Assembly (NCBI GenBank): GCA_963745075.1
Contig: CAVUWV010000031.1
Span: 138,251-202,250, forward strand
Direction of reading: 5' to 3'
Source of the DNA: Candidatus Hydrogenedentota bacterium
GTDB taxonomy: Bacteria > Hydrogenedentota > Hydrogenedentia > Hydrogenedentales > SLHB01
Length of the DNA: 64,000 nt
Shown here: piece by piece, positions 38,175 to 48,209 of the stretch
Layout of the letters: each line of letters starts with the position of its first letter
How positions within the stretch are numbered: position 1 is the first letter of the stretch
The notes under the pieces: model-generated
The model's database searches: none
Seen by the model: only the letters and a program-made list of their open reading frames with translations
What the model was told of the DNA's origin: nothing
Translations under genes and position numbers: made by a program

Positions 38175-40541
38175 ATGAATCCAGTACTTTATACCGGTTA
38201 TCGGGGCGTGACTATGACTGCAATGGTTGCACTCTTGCTGTTGGTCAACGTCACATGGGCGGAACCTATTGCGCTGACCAATGCGACCATTGTCGTGGGA
38301 AAGGCAAAGAACTCGACTTCGCTCGCGGCAACCGTGCTCTCCGAAGAAATCGAGAAACGCACCGGCGTTCACTGGAATGTCGCTACCGAATGGCCCGATG
38401 ATGGCGCAGCCATTGCCATGACCGCGGGTGGCGCGCGCAGTCTTTACGGTCGCGCGGTTCCCGAGAACTGCCATGTGACGGCGGCTGAAGCGTTTGCCGT
38501 TCATACGGAAACCACCACACAACCGATCGTTTGGATCGCGAGTGCAGACGCACGAGGCGCGCTGTTCGGCGTGGGGTATCTGCTGCGCAAGCTGGACTGG
38601 CGTGACGGTTCGGTGGCGTTAGCCGCGCCCATTCACGTGGTGACAGCCCCCGAGTATCCTCTTCGCGGTCATCAACTCGGGTATCGCGCCACCGCGAACT
38701 CGTACGACGCCTGGAGCAAGGAACAATACGAGCAGTACATCCGCGAACTCGCCTTCTTCGGGACCAATGCCATCGAAATGATCCCGTTGCAGGACGGACG
38801 CCCCGTGGTCGGCGACGTGCCGCGGGAAGAAATGGACCGCACGGTCAGCGCGATCTGCGACAAGTACGACCTCGATTTCTGGATCTGGACCCCGGCCACG
38901 ATCGACCTTTCCGACGCGAAACTCCGCGCCGAATTGCTTGCGGATCATGACAAGCTGTTTGCAGGGTTTCCCCGCCTCGACGCGGTGTTCTTCCCCGGCG
39001 GCGACCCCGGCGACAATCCGCCGGAGTTGGTGATGCCGTTCCTGGAAGACCTGTCCAAAGTCCTGGCCAAACATCACCCCAAGGCCAAGATTTGGATTTC
39101 GCTCCAGGGTTTCGACCCCTGGCAGGTGGACGTGTTTTATGCGTGGGTAAACGAGCATCAGCCGGACTGGATGGGCGGCGTCGTCGCGGGCCCCTCGAGC
39201 CCGGCCATCTATGAAACCCGGCTCCGCCTCGACAAGCGATACGGGCTGCGTCATTATCCGGACATCACGCACGTCGTGCGCGCGCAGTATCCGGTATCGT
39301 GGATCGATCCGGCTTTTGCGTTCACGCTGGGACGGGAGCCGGTGAACCCGCGGCCGGTTTACTACCGTGTGATCCACAACAATCTTGCGCCGTACACGAA
39401 CGGATTTCTTACCTACTCGGACGGTATCCATGACGACCTGAACAAGGTGGTGTGGAGTTCGCTCGGCTGGGACACGACCGAGGACTTGCGCGAGATCCTT
39501 ATCGACTATTGTCGTGTCTTCTTCGGACCGGACGTGGCGGATACGGCGGCCGACGGCATCTTCGCGTTGGAAAAGAACTGGGACGGCGCGCTGGCCCGGA
39601 ACGGCAGCGTAGACGGGACCTTGCGCCTCTGGCAGGGGTTGGAATCCAAGTCGCCGCAATTGAAGGACAACTGGCGCTGGAATCTGTATTTGCTTCGCGC
39701 CTATTACGATGACTATATCCGGCACCGGCTGATTCACGAATCGGGACTCGAAGACGCGGCGAATGCCAAGATGCTGGAGGCGCCGAAGGTCGGCGCGGAT
39801 AAGGCCATGGATGCGGCGCTCGCGGAGTTGGCGCGGGTCGACACCGAGAAGGTCCATCCGGAGTGGCGGGATCGCATCTATGCGCTGTGCGAGAGTCTCT
39901 GGAACCAGATCGGCTACCAGACCAGCGTCGAGAAATACGGGGCCGCGGGCGCCGAGCGCGGGGCCGTGCTGGACTTCGTGGACTACCCGTTGAACAACCG
40001 CTGGTGGTTGGAAGACGAAATCGCCAAGGCGCGGAAAATGCCGAGCGAAGCGGACAAGGTCGCACACTTGCATATGCTGGCCACGTGGGCGCACCCGGGA
40101 CCGGGCAGTTTCTACGACGACATCGGCAACGTCGCGAAGTGCGATCACGTAATTCGCAGCGAACGCTACAACACGCTGCTGGAACCGGACCGACCGACCG
40201 TCCCGGATTTCATGTTCTGGGACAACGGGAAGCGGCGCGTGCGCCAGTCCTGGATGAGCAAGATGGATTGGCCGGAAGGGCTGCGCTATATCGGGCTCGA
40301 TCCGGACGCGGACTATGTGTTCAAGACGACGGGCATCAGTTCCTGCCTGCCCCGGGCCAACGGACTTCGGCTGGTACCTACCGAGGACGGCCGCGAAGTG
40401 GGCGATGTAAAGGTGTTCCCCGTACCGCGCCAGGCGTATCGGGAAGGATACTTGACGATAACGTTCGACGTGCCGTTCGAGCCCGGCATCAATTGGCGTC
40501 AGATGTCACGCTTGTCGGAAGCGTGGTTGATCAAGAAGTAG
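38175..40541 (+). CDS. Secreted glycoside-hydrolase-like protein (alpha-glucuronidase/GH20-type N-domain + TIM-barrel-like core)
   Basis: ATG 38175 gives signal peptide 'MTAMVALLLLVNVTWA'. 'YPLRGHQLGYRATANSYDAWSKEQYEQYIRELAFFGTNAIEMIP' resembles glycosidase catalytic-domain starts. Family not resolved. Confidence 0.6.
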   Translation: MNPVLYTGYRGVTMTAMVALLLLVNVTWAEPIALTNATIVVGKAKNSTSLAATVLSEEIEKRTGVHWNVATEWPDDGAAIAMTAGGARSLYGRAVPENCHVTAAEAFAVHTETTTQPIVWIASADARGALFGVGYLLRKLDWRDGSVALAAPIHVVTAPEYPLRGHQLGYRATANSYDAWSKEQYEQYIRELAFFGTNAIEMIPLQDGRPVVGDVPREEMDRTVSAICDKYDLDFWIWTPATIDLSDAKLRAELLADHDKLFAGFPRLDAVFFPGGDPGDNPPELVMPFLEDLSKVLAKHHPKAKIWISLQGFDPWQVDVFYAWVNEHQPDWMGGVVAGPSSPAIYETRLRLDKRYGLRHYPDITHVVRAQYPVSWIDPAFAFTLGREPVNPRPVYYRVIHNNLAPYTNGFLTYSDGIHDDLNKVVWSSLGWDTTEDLREILIDYCRVFFGPDVADTAADGIFALEKNWDGALARNGSVDGTLRLWQGLESKSPQLKDNWRWNLYLLRAYYDDYIRHRLIHESGLEDAANAKMLEAPKVGADKAMDAALAELARVDTEKVHPEWRDRIYALCESLWNQIGYQTSVEKYGAAGAERGAVLDFVDYPLNNRWWLEDEIAKARKMPSEADKVAHLHMLATWAHPGPGSFYDDIGNVAKCDHVIRSERYNTLLEPDRPTVPDFMFWDNGKRRVRQSWMSKMDWPEGLRYIGLDPDADYVFKTTGISSCLPRANGLRLVPTEDGREVGDVKVFPVPRQAYREGYLTITFDVPFEPGINWRQMSRLSEAWLIKK

Positions 40542-42726
40542 ACTTCGCAACCTCGGTTTCGGCGCGGTTCACCAGCGCTTTGAATTCGGTCCGATCGCGC
40601 AACGATGCGAAATCGGGGTCGCTCTGCAATGCCTGCACGAGGGTCTTGTCAACGGATTCCATGGTGAGGGCGGATTCGAGCAGGCATAGTGCCGCGTCCG
40701 CATCGCCCGCGACGGCTTTCAGACAGGCCAGATCGTATGGCGGTTTCCACGAATCGGGGCGCAGGCGTTGCGCTTCCTCGAAGTATTTTGCGGCCGTTTC
40801 AGGGTCGCCGGTGCGTTGGGCGCACAGTCCCGACTGCAACAGCGCGGCGAAATGGTTGGGGGTGGTCTTCAGAACGCGCTGGTAATAGATCAGGGCTTGG
40901 GCATAATCCCCTTCGATGAAGTAGAGATCAGCGTAGGCGAGGTGGGCGCGCGGGAAGCTTGGATCAACAGCCAAGGCCTGGTCGTACCACTGTTTCGCCT
41001 CGTCCTCGCGGTGGCGCTGCACGGCGATGAACCCGAGGTGGACCATGGCCTCGGCGAATTTTGGGGTAATGGCAAGCGCTCGGTGGTAGTACGTCTCCGC
41101 TTCGTCGTAATTGCCTTCACGCAGCTTGATATAGCCGAGCATGTAGAGCACCCGGCTTTGGTTCGGATCGATCCGCAGCGACGCGCGGTATTCCTTTTCG
41201 GCGCCTTCCAGACTCCCCTCCCGGAGCACGGCGAGGGCGAGTACGTTTCGCGCGGAGACATGGCGCGGCGCGATGTTCAACAGTTCGCGGAGTACCCGCT
41301 CGCACTCCGCGTAGTTGCCGCGCTGGGCTTCGTTACGGGCTTCTTCCAGTTTGGTGTAGAGCCCGATGCCGTCTTTTGGATCCATGCCCTGTACGGCACT
41401 GCGGTCGTCCGGGTCGGCGAGATAGCCCAATGCCTGGAGCATTTCCAGGGTCTCGTGGTCCATGGGATTTCGCTCGGTTTCCAGGGCGACCTGCTTTGAT
41501 TCGTCCAGTAATGCCGAAAGTTTCGCGTCCAATTGGGCGGCGAGTTCCGGCTTCTCGTTGTATAGGTTGTTCAATTCTTGAGGGTCGGTGCGGAGGTTGT
41601 AGAGCTCCGGCTTGGGCGCGCGTATCCACTTGTACCCGTCGAACCGCAGACCGTAGAGCGGGGCCATGCCGAAGCCCAATTCCGACAACAATGACTCGGA
41701 ATACTGCGGCAAGTCGGGCGGCGGCACATCGCCGCGAAGGGCGGACAGCAGGTCGGCTCCCTGGGTTTTGTCCGCTCCGGGAACGTCGAGTGCCCCGAGT
41801 ATGGTGGGCATGAGGTCGATGCAACGGACCGGACCCCAGTAGACCGTGTCGGACGGCAGGTGACCGGGCCAGTGAAAGATAAGCGGCACGTGCACGGTGG
41901 CGTCATAGATAAAGATGGCGTGTGTCTTCTCGCCGTGTTCGCCGAGGCTCTCGCCGTGGTCTGCCGTGAGTACGGTAAACGTGTTCTGGTCGACGCCCAA
42001 GGTCTTGAACGCGTCCATGATTCGCGCCAGACCCTCATCGGCCTGTGCGATCTCCGCGTCGTAGGCGGTCGGGATGAGGTGGCGGTTCTTGGCGTGGGAC
42101 TCGTAGGGCTGATGGGGGTCGAAGAAATGAACCCACAGGAAGAAGGGCTTGCCGTCGGCCTTCTCGTGCCAGCTTTCCAACCACTGTACGGCGCGCTCGG
42201 CCGTTTTCGGTGCGGGCCGGTCGCGGATCATGAACAGCTTGGGGTCGTCTTCGGCCCAGAGATCGTCGTCGTACACGTCGAAGCCCTGATTCAGGTTGTA
42301 GCGACGGTTCAGCACCAGCGCAGACACGAAGGCCGCCGTGTCGTATCCCGCGTCGTGGAGGCGCTCCGCGAGGGTTACGGCCTTGTCGTTCAAGGCGTAG
42401 GCGCCGTTGTCGCGCACGCCGTGGGCCGGTGGCAACAGGCCGGTCATGATGGAAGTATGGGCCGGCATGGTGATCGGTGCAGTGGTCACCGCGTCGGCGC
42501 AACGCACCCCTTCCGCCGCGACGGCGTCAATGGTGGGCGTACGCGCAATGCCGTACCCGTAACACCCGATCCGGTCGGCGCGGCAGGTGTCGATGGTGAC
42601 GAGAAGGACGTTGGGGCGGGGGGAATCGGCGAGTGCGGCGGCGGTCAGTAGCATTACGGACACGGCCACAACCGTCGCCCGCAGTGCCGCGGCAAGCGTA
42701 CCCTTTTGTTGCGCATCAAAACTCAT
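40531..42726 (-). CDS. Sulfatase-family (alkaline-phosphatase superfamily) protein with C-terminal TPR repeats
   Basis: ATG 42726 'MSFDAQQKGTLAAALRATVVAVSVMLLTAAALA', 'PNVLLVTIDTCRADRIGCYG', 'LTADHGESLGEHG', then multiple TPR units ('YYHRALAITPKFAEAMVHLG...'). The 1045-aa track ORF extends spuriously upstream, antisense to the TPP gene. Confidence 0.85.
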   Translation of the reverse strand: MSFDAQQKGTLAAALRATVVAVSVMLLTAAALADSPRPNVLLVTIDTCRADRIGCYGYGIARTPTIDAVAAEGVRCADAVTTAPITMPAHTSIMTGLLPPAHGVRDNGAYALNDKAVTLAERLHDAGYDTAAFVSALVLNRRYNLNQGFDVYDDDLWAEDDPKLFMIRDRPAPKTAERAVQWLESWHEKADGKPFFLWVHFFDPHQPYESHAKNRHLIPTAYDAEIAQADEGLARIMDAFKTLGVDQNTFTVLTADHGESLGEHGEKTHAIFIYDATVHVPLIFHWPGHLPSDTVYWGPVRCIDLMPTILGALDVPGADKTQGADLLSALRGDVPPPDLPQYSESLLSELGFGMAPLYGLRFDGYKWIRAPKPELYNLRTDPQELNNLYNEKPELAAQLDAKLSALLDESKQVALETERNPMDHETLEMLQALGYLADPDDRSAVQGMDPKDGIGLYTKLEEARNEAQRGNYAECERVLRELLNIAPRHVSARNVLALAVLREGSLEGAEKEYRASLRIDPNQSRVLYMLGYIKLREGNYDEAETYYHRALAITPKFAEAMVHLGFIAVQRHREDEAKQWYDQALAVDPSFPRAHLAYADLYFIEGDYAQALIYYQRVLKTTPNHFAALLQSGLCAQRTGDPETAAKYFEEAQRLRPDSWKPPYDLACLKAVAGDADAALCLLESALTMESVDKTLVQALQSDPDFASLRDRTEFKALVNRAETEVAKSTS

Positions 42727-42822
42727 CCCAATACAATGACGCCTTGCGCTGCGGAATCCAAGGTGAATTTTTGCGAAAAAGGCGAATCTCGCTTTGCAGA
42801 TCGGCAACAAAGGAAATCCATC

Positions 42823-44462
42823 ATGTCTCACGGCGGTAAACTCGTTGCGCGTGCGCTGAAGAATGCGGGCGTGGAGTGCATTTTCACGCTGAGCGGCGGG
42901 CACGTCATGCCCATCTACGACGGCTGCCTGGACGAGGGCATCCGCATCATCGACGTGCGCCACGAGCAGGCGACGACCCACGCGGCGGACGCGTGGTCGC
43001 GGTTGAATCCCGGCAAGATCGGCGTGGCGGTGGTGACGGCGGGGCCCGGGGTGACGGATTCCGTAACGGGTGTGGCAAACGCGTGGCGCGCGAACTCCCC
43101 CATTCTCTGCATCGGCGGGCAGGGTCCCTTCGTCAATCTTGGACGCGGCTCGCTCCAGGAGATGGACCACGTCAGCCTCATGAAGCCCATTACCAAGTAT
43201 TCGGCGGCGTGCTACGACACCGAACGCATTCCGGAATACATCGAGCAAGCCATTCGTCACGCAGTTTCCGGGAATCCCGGGCCCGGCGTTTCTGGAACTG
43301 CCCATGGACGTGCTGATGAACTCAGCCGATGTGGACAAGGCGGTGTATCCGCCGATCAGCACAACGCCGCCGCTGCTATCGCCGCACCGGGACGATGTGC
43401 TGGCGGCGTTGCGCATCATCGAGAAAGCGGAACGCCCACTCCTTATGAGCGGCACGAGCGTGAAGTGGTCGAACGCGCAACCGCAGCTCAACGCGTTTCT
43501 GGAAAAGACGAACATTCCCGCGTACGCCAACGGCATGGGACGCGGCACGATCCCGCGCGGATCGAGACACCTGTTCAATCGCACGCGGCGGGACGCGCTG
43601 GAACAGTGCGACGTGGTGGTTCTTGCGGGCGTCGTCCTCGATTTTCGCATGAAATTCGGACAAACCATTCCGAAGGACGCGAAAGATCATCCAGCTCGAA
43701 ATGGACAATCTGCTCATCGGCCACAACCGCGCGTCGGACGTGGCGCTGGTCGGAAACCTCGCGTGCAGTTTCGACGCGCTGATGCAGGCGATGGACGGCG
43801 AAGGTATTTCGCTGGACTTCAGCGCCCACGCGGCCGCGCTGCGCGAAAAGGAAGACGCCATCGCCAAGGCCGACGCCGAGAAACAAGCCTCGGACGCGGT
43901 GCCCATCGAATCCAGCCGGTTGTGCAAGGAGATTGCGTCGTTCGTCGAACAGTTCGATGACCTGATTGTCATCGGCGACGGCGGCGACATCGTGGCTTCC
44001 GCGGCGAAGGTGGTGCCCATTCCCAAGAACGGGGCGTGGATGGACCCGGGTCCGTTGGGAACGCTGGGCGTCGGCATGCCGTTCGCCATCGCGGCGCAGA
44101 TCGCCCATCCGAACAAGCGCGTGCTTATCATTTACGGCGACGGCAGTTTCGGCCTGAACGGCTTCGAGTACGACACGGCCGTGCGGTTCAACCTGCCCAT
44201 CGTGGGCATCGTCGGCAACGACGCGGCCTGGGGACAGATGATGCGCCCCCAGAAAGCCTTCTACGAGCGGCTCGCCGCGACGCAACTGGCGTACACGCGC
44301 TACGACAAAGTCGTCGAAGCCCTCGGCGGTCACGGCGAACACGTCGAGCAGCCGGCGGACATCCGTCCCGCCATCGAACGCGCTTTCGCCTCGGGCAAGC
44401 CTGCGTGCGTGAACGTCGTGCTGAAGCAGGACCAGTCGTACAAGGGCGGCGCGTATATCTGA
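42823..44462 (+). pseudogene. Thiamine-pyrophosphate enzyme (acetolactate synthase / oxalyl-CoA decarboxylase-like) split into three frames by two extra nucleotides
   Basis: Frame A 'MSHGGKLVARALKNAGVECIFTLSGGH...RHEQATTHAADAWSR...GPGVTD...AVSGNPG'. Frame B 'PAFLELPMDVLMN...LLMSGTSVKW...VVLAGVVLDFRMKFG..PKDAK'. Frame C 'IIQLEMDNL...GDGGD...IIYGDGSFGLNGFEYDTAVRFNLPIVGIVGNDAAWG'. Joins are at ~43282 and ~43685, each needing a +1 shift. Confidence 0.85.
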
Positions 44463-44614
44463 TTGCAGCGCATGGGTTCACCAAGTGGCAAGTCGCCGCT
44501 TGTGCTCAATGCCAGATCGGACGGATCCGGAACGGACCAGGATTTCCCCGCTGGCGTCTCGCCTCGATGCGCGCTATGATAGTGAGGCCTTCCGTCAACT
44601 TGGTAAAACGGCCC

Positions 44615-45476
44615 ATGGATGCACGCGACCGCAATCAGCTAAAAACCGAAGCCGCGAAGCTGCGGAAGGACTACCACTACATCCGCAAGGCGCTGAAACA
44701 GCGGCCGAACGATCGCGACCTGCGCAAGCGCGCGGAGAAACTCCAGGCCCGCTACACGGAACTACAAGAGGAGCTGAAACACCATCCGAAGGGGGAGGCC
44801 GTCGAAGTGCAGCCCCTATCCGCTCCGCCGCCTCCCGTCGATATGTCGGCATTTGAGCCGAAGGTGTACAGCCCGCCTCCGCCGGTGTCGGTGCCGCAAG
44901 ACCGCGGCTGGGGCAACCCGTTCGGCAGTGTCAACATTTCCGGACGCACGATCTGGACGAGTTTCCTCGTGGCCATCCTGGTGATAACCTCGCCGTTCTA
45001 CTATCTCCTGTTCTTCAAGGGCATGGCCTTTTACCGGGTGCCGACCAATTCGATGATTCCCACGCTGGAACCGGGCGACCGGTTTGCCGCGATCGTGCCG
45101 AAGGAATACCGGCGCGGCGACGTGGTCGTTGTCGAAGACCCGGCGGACCCGGCGGCGTTCCTGGTGAAGCGGCTCGTCGCCTTACCGGGAGACGAGGTGG
45201 CGGTTCACAACCATAAGCTGTGGGTCAATGATGAACCGATCGATGAACGTTACATCCGCGAGCCGAATCGACTATGCCATGGATCCGATCGCGATGGGCA
45301 AAGGCGAAGTGTTTCTCCTGGGCGACAACCGCAATGAAAGTGAGGACGGCCACATCTGGCGCCGGGGATTTCCCATGGACAAAATCGTCGGCCGCGTCTT
45401 CTACATCTACTACCCCAGTGAACGGCGGGGCCATTTCAAGTCGCAGGAACAGGCGTTTGCGTTGGTGCGGGACTAA
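44615..45476 (+). pseudogene. lepB: Signal peptidase I with a long N-terminal cytoplasmic extension, interrupted by one extra nucleotide (~45266)
   Basis: 'FYRVPTNSMIPTLEPGDRF', 'VKRLVALPGDEV', '...ERYIREP' lie in one frame. 'IDYAMDPIAMGKGEVFLLGDNRNESEDG...GRVFYIYYP' lies in the +1 frame. Start ATG 44615 is tentative. Confidence 0.82.
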
Positions 45477-45625
45477 GAGGACTTCCCTGGACCCTGCACG
45501 CATCGCCATTCTGAGTGACACGAAGGACCTCGTTTGGATAGATGTCTTGATCGTTCAAGATTCTTCGCTTTGCTGCTAAGCAACATCGGTTGTAAGTCGC
45601 TTTGTGTCAATAGCGACGGTTTGTC

Positions 45626-45704
45626 GCTATCGGGATCGAAATCGGGATCGGGATCGAAATGCGAAGTGCTTCCGATCCCGATAGCGGTCCCGATCCCGAT
45701 TTCG
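45626..45704. repeat. Interleaved inverted repeats built from CGGGATCG / CGATCCCG units (six GATC sites)
   Basis: GCTATCGGGATCG (45626-45638) is the exact reverse complement of 45673-45685. CGAAATCGGGATCGGGA (45637-45653) is the exact reverse complement of 45688-45704. The order A-B-A'-B' gives mutually exclusive or pseudoknot-like pairings. Confidence 0.85.
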
Positions 45705-45845
45705 AGAATAGCTTGCGTTTCAGCCGCACGTAAATGTTCTTCCGCGATTCGCCGTTCTTAACGGTCGGATGCTCAGAATGACGGTAATTCTTTTTCATCT
45801 AATCTCGGAGCAGGTTTCGATCCCAGGATATATCGAGTTGATTAA

Positions 45846-46148
45846 TCAGATGAATCGTGGCCGAGAGAGCAAGTACATACCAAAGCCAACAGCGCAGACA
45901 GCGCCAAGCGTAATTGCGCCCAATCTTCGTCCCGTCCCCGTTTCCATTCTGGCGGCGGACAGTGCAAATCCGAAGGCCAATGCGTATGTGACCACCAGGA
46001 TTGCGAAGAAGCGAGCCGCACCAAGGGCTTGTACAATTCGCGGCAGCAGCGGGTGGTGCTCCTGCAGCACTACGAGAGACCACGTCGGCATCAAGAAGAT
46101 TATGGAGACCGCGACGTCTCGCCGGCCCCTGCGTTCCTTGTCGGTCAT
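45846..46148 (-). CDS. Hypothetical small membrane protein
   Basis: 100 aa from ATG 46148, with three predicted hydrophobic helices ('VAVSIIFLMPTWSLVVL', 'AARFFAILVVTYALAFGFAL', 'LGAITLGAVCAVGFGMYLL'). Confidence 0.5.
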   Translation of the reverse strand: MTDKERRGRRDVAVSIIFLMPTWSLVVLQEHHPLLPRIVQALGAARFFAILVVTYALAFGFALSAARMETGTGRRLGAITLGAVCAVGFGMYLLSRPRFI

Positions 46149-46241
46149 GGCTGGATCTCGTGTCTCCTCTCGACACAAGGAAAACGACCGGGCGGTGGAG
46201 ACGGTTGACGGGGGCTCGGCGGAACGATTCCGCCCGAAGCG

Positions 46242-46466
46242 TCAATAGCCCAGGCGGTTGCGCTCGGGCCGGAAGATGACCCAAAGTAGCAGCCCGATCG
46301 GCCAACTGAAGAATGCGACCAGGATGGCGACCAGACATCCCGGCTTTCCCCGCGCGTTCGCGTCGCCGTAACACCAGACGACGCTCCAGATGTATAGCAC
46401 GAAGATCCCCAGGTACAGGATAATGAACGGCACGGCGAGAAAAGGTGCAAGGCTGTGAGAATCCAT
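46242..46466 (-). CDS. Small two-TM membrane protein, paralog 1 (WSVxW..GDA..RGKPGCLV...SWP..LL.W..FRPER family)
   Basis: ATG 46466 is preceded by AAGGGGA. 74 aa. Shares an extended motif with the next gene. Confidence 0.65.
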   Translation of the reverse strand: MDSHSLAPFLAVPFIILYLGIFVLYIWSVVWCYGDANARGKPGCLVAILVAFFSWPIGLLLWVIFRPERNRLGY

Positions 46467-46538
46467 TCGTATCCCCTTAGTGATTCGTGGGCTGAATGAT
46501 AGCAAGACCGGCGCGCAATTGCCCGATTCCGGATTCCG

Positions 46539-46748
46539 CTAGCGCCATTGCCTGCGTTCCGGCCGAAAGACGATCCACATCAAGAGGCTCACCGGCCAAC
46601 TGATCAAGCCGACAAACGCGCCCACAAGACACCCCGGTTTGCCCCGGCGCTCGGCATCCCCCATCGCCCACGTCACGCTCCATGCCCAAAGGCCGAATCC
46701 GATCAGAATGATGATGCACTGCAGCATGATGGGCAGTTCATTCTTCAC
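46539..46748 (-). CDS. Small two-TM membrane protein, paralog 2
   Basis: GTG 46748 is preceded by GAAGGAG. 69 aa: 'WSVTWAMGDAERRGKPGCLVGAFVGLISWPVSLLMWIVFRPER'. Confidence 0.65.
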   Translation of the reverse strand: MKNELPIMLQCIIILIGFGLWAWSVTWAMGDAERRGKPGCLVGAFVGLISWPVSLLMWIVFRPERRQWR

Positions 46749-47039
46749 GGGAAATCTCCTTCACAAAGAATCAGCCCCTCTCTAAGCATTGTGCCTCTGC
46801 CGGATTTGTTCACTCAAGGCATTTGTCTATCTAAGCTCGAGTACTGAATCGCTTCACTTACGAGGTTGTCGACGATGAATTCGACGCCGTCGATGTTGCG
46901 AGGTTTGCACGACAAAGAAAGTCTTGTCACAAAACGAAATGTGCGTTAATATCGAAAACTAAACCTGATTTGTTTTCGGCACGGGGGTGTGGGCCGGCTA
47001 CGGATTAAGGATGGCGGGGCAATCATTGGGGGAATCATC

Positions 47040-48059
47040 ATGTCTAAACTGTCTTGCGGGTTGTTATGTAACATCACGTTTTACGGCATGGCTTGTCTTG
47101 CTGGGGGCAAAGCCCTGGCCCAGCAGGTGTTCTGGACTGACTGGGGCACCACCAAGGTTCAGGCGGGCAACGTTGATGGCTCCGGTTCCCCAACCGACCT
47201 CTTCGATAGCTCCGATGGGCTGAACGTCCCCGACGGCATTGCCGTCGACGTGGCGGGCGGTAAGGTGTACTGGACCGACATGAGCGCGAGCAAGGTTCAA
47301 GTGGGAAACCTGGACGGCTCCGGTTCCCCAACCGACCTCTTCAATTCCTCCGATGGGCTCAGCGCCCCCAACGACATTGCCCTGGACATTGAGGGGAACA
47401 AGGTCTACTGGACTGATTTGAGCATCAACACAGTTCAGGTGGGCAACCTGGACGGCTCCGGTTCCCCTGCAGTTCTCTTCGATAGCTCCGATGGGCTTGC
47501 CAATCCCATGGGTATCGCCTTGGACGTCGCGGGCGGCAAGGTCTACTGGACCGATTCTTACGCCAGCAAGGTTCAGGTGGGCAACCTGGATGGATCAGGT
47601 TCTCCAACGGACCTCTTCGATAGCTCTGATGGGCTTAGCGGCCCATGCTTTATCGCCTTGGACGTCGCTGGAGGCAAGGTCTACTGGACGGACGCCATCA
47701 CCCGCAAAGTTCAGGCGGGAAACCTGGACGGGTCCGGTTCTCCAACGGACCTTTACGATATCACCGATCTGCTTGACTTTCCCTGCGGCATCGCGGTGGA
47801 CGTGGCGGGCGGCAAGGTGTACTGGACCGACTCCGACACCCGCATGATTCAGGTGGGTAACCTCGATGGGTCCGGTTTCCCAACCGCGCTCTTCGACATT
47901 TCCGATGGCCTTAGCGACCCCATCGGCATCGCCTTGGGTTCGGGCGCGGCCCCACCGTCCGTCCCCGCGTCAAGCCGGGGAATGCTCTCGTTGACGGTTC
48001 TGGTCTTGGCGCTCTGCGCCGTGATCGCGGTATATCGTCTACGCGCGCGCCGGGTTTAG
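47040..48059 (+). CDS. Six-bladed YWTD (LDL-receptor class B-like) beta-propeller protein with a C-terminal hydrophobic/Arg-rich anchor
   Basis: Signal 'MSKLSCGLLCNITFYGMACLAGGKALA'. Six ~42-aa units 'GGKVYWTD...KVQVGNLDGSGSPTDLFDSSDGLS.P.GIALDVA' (one FWTD, five YWTD), encoded by ~126-bp tandem DNA repeats. Tail 'MLSLTVLVLALCAVIAVYRLRARRV'. Confidence 0.88.
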   Translation: MSKLSCGLLCNITFYGMACLAGGKALAQQVFWTDWGTTKVQAGNVDGSGSPTDLFDSSDGLNVPDGIAVDVAGGKVYWTDMSASKVQVGNLDGSGSPTDLFNSSDGLSAPNDIALDIEGNKVYWTDLSINTVQVGNLDGSGSPAVLFDSSDGLANPMGIALDVAGGKVYWTDSYASKVQVGNLDGSGSPTDLFDSSDGLSGPCFIALDVAGGKVYWTDAITRKVQAGNLDGSGSPTDLYDITDLLDFPCGIAVDVAGGKVYWTDSDTRMIQVGNLDGSGFPTALFDISDGLSDPIGIALGSGAAPPSVPASSRGMLSLTVLVLALCAVIAVYRLRARRV

Positions 48060-48209
48060 CGTAGGGAGCGGCTCGTCCCCTAAGCCGCCGGGGGTCCAGC
48101 CTGGAATCAAACGAGGCGCAGTACTTTGAGTACCTTGAATTCCCTGGGGAGCCCACGACAAGACGGGGGTCGCGGTGGGAATTGAGTATTGTGTCCCCTT
48201 AATTCCACA

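Noticed and set aside
38619-40148. 509-aa minus-strand ORF, and similar long antisense ORFs (23674-24576, 43376-44342, 58663-60012, 28113-28814, 29880-30782)
   Set aside because: The same high-GC antisense artefact; each lies entirely within a well-supported gene on the other strand.
42727-43668. Upstream 314 codons of the 1045-aa minus ORF (40531-43668)
   Set aside because: That portion is antisense to the TPP-enzyme gene and has no sulfatase homology. The sulfatase signal peptide begins at ATG 42726.
47130-47940. Regular ~126-bp and 153-bp (58.6-60.7 kb) tandem repeats considered as a possible CRISPR or satellite array
   Set aside because: The repeats are in-frame protein repeats (YWTD blades, FG-GAP units) with no unique spacers and no cas genes.
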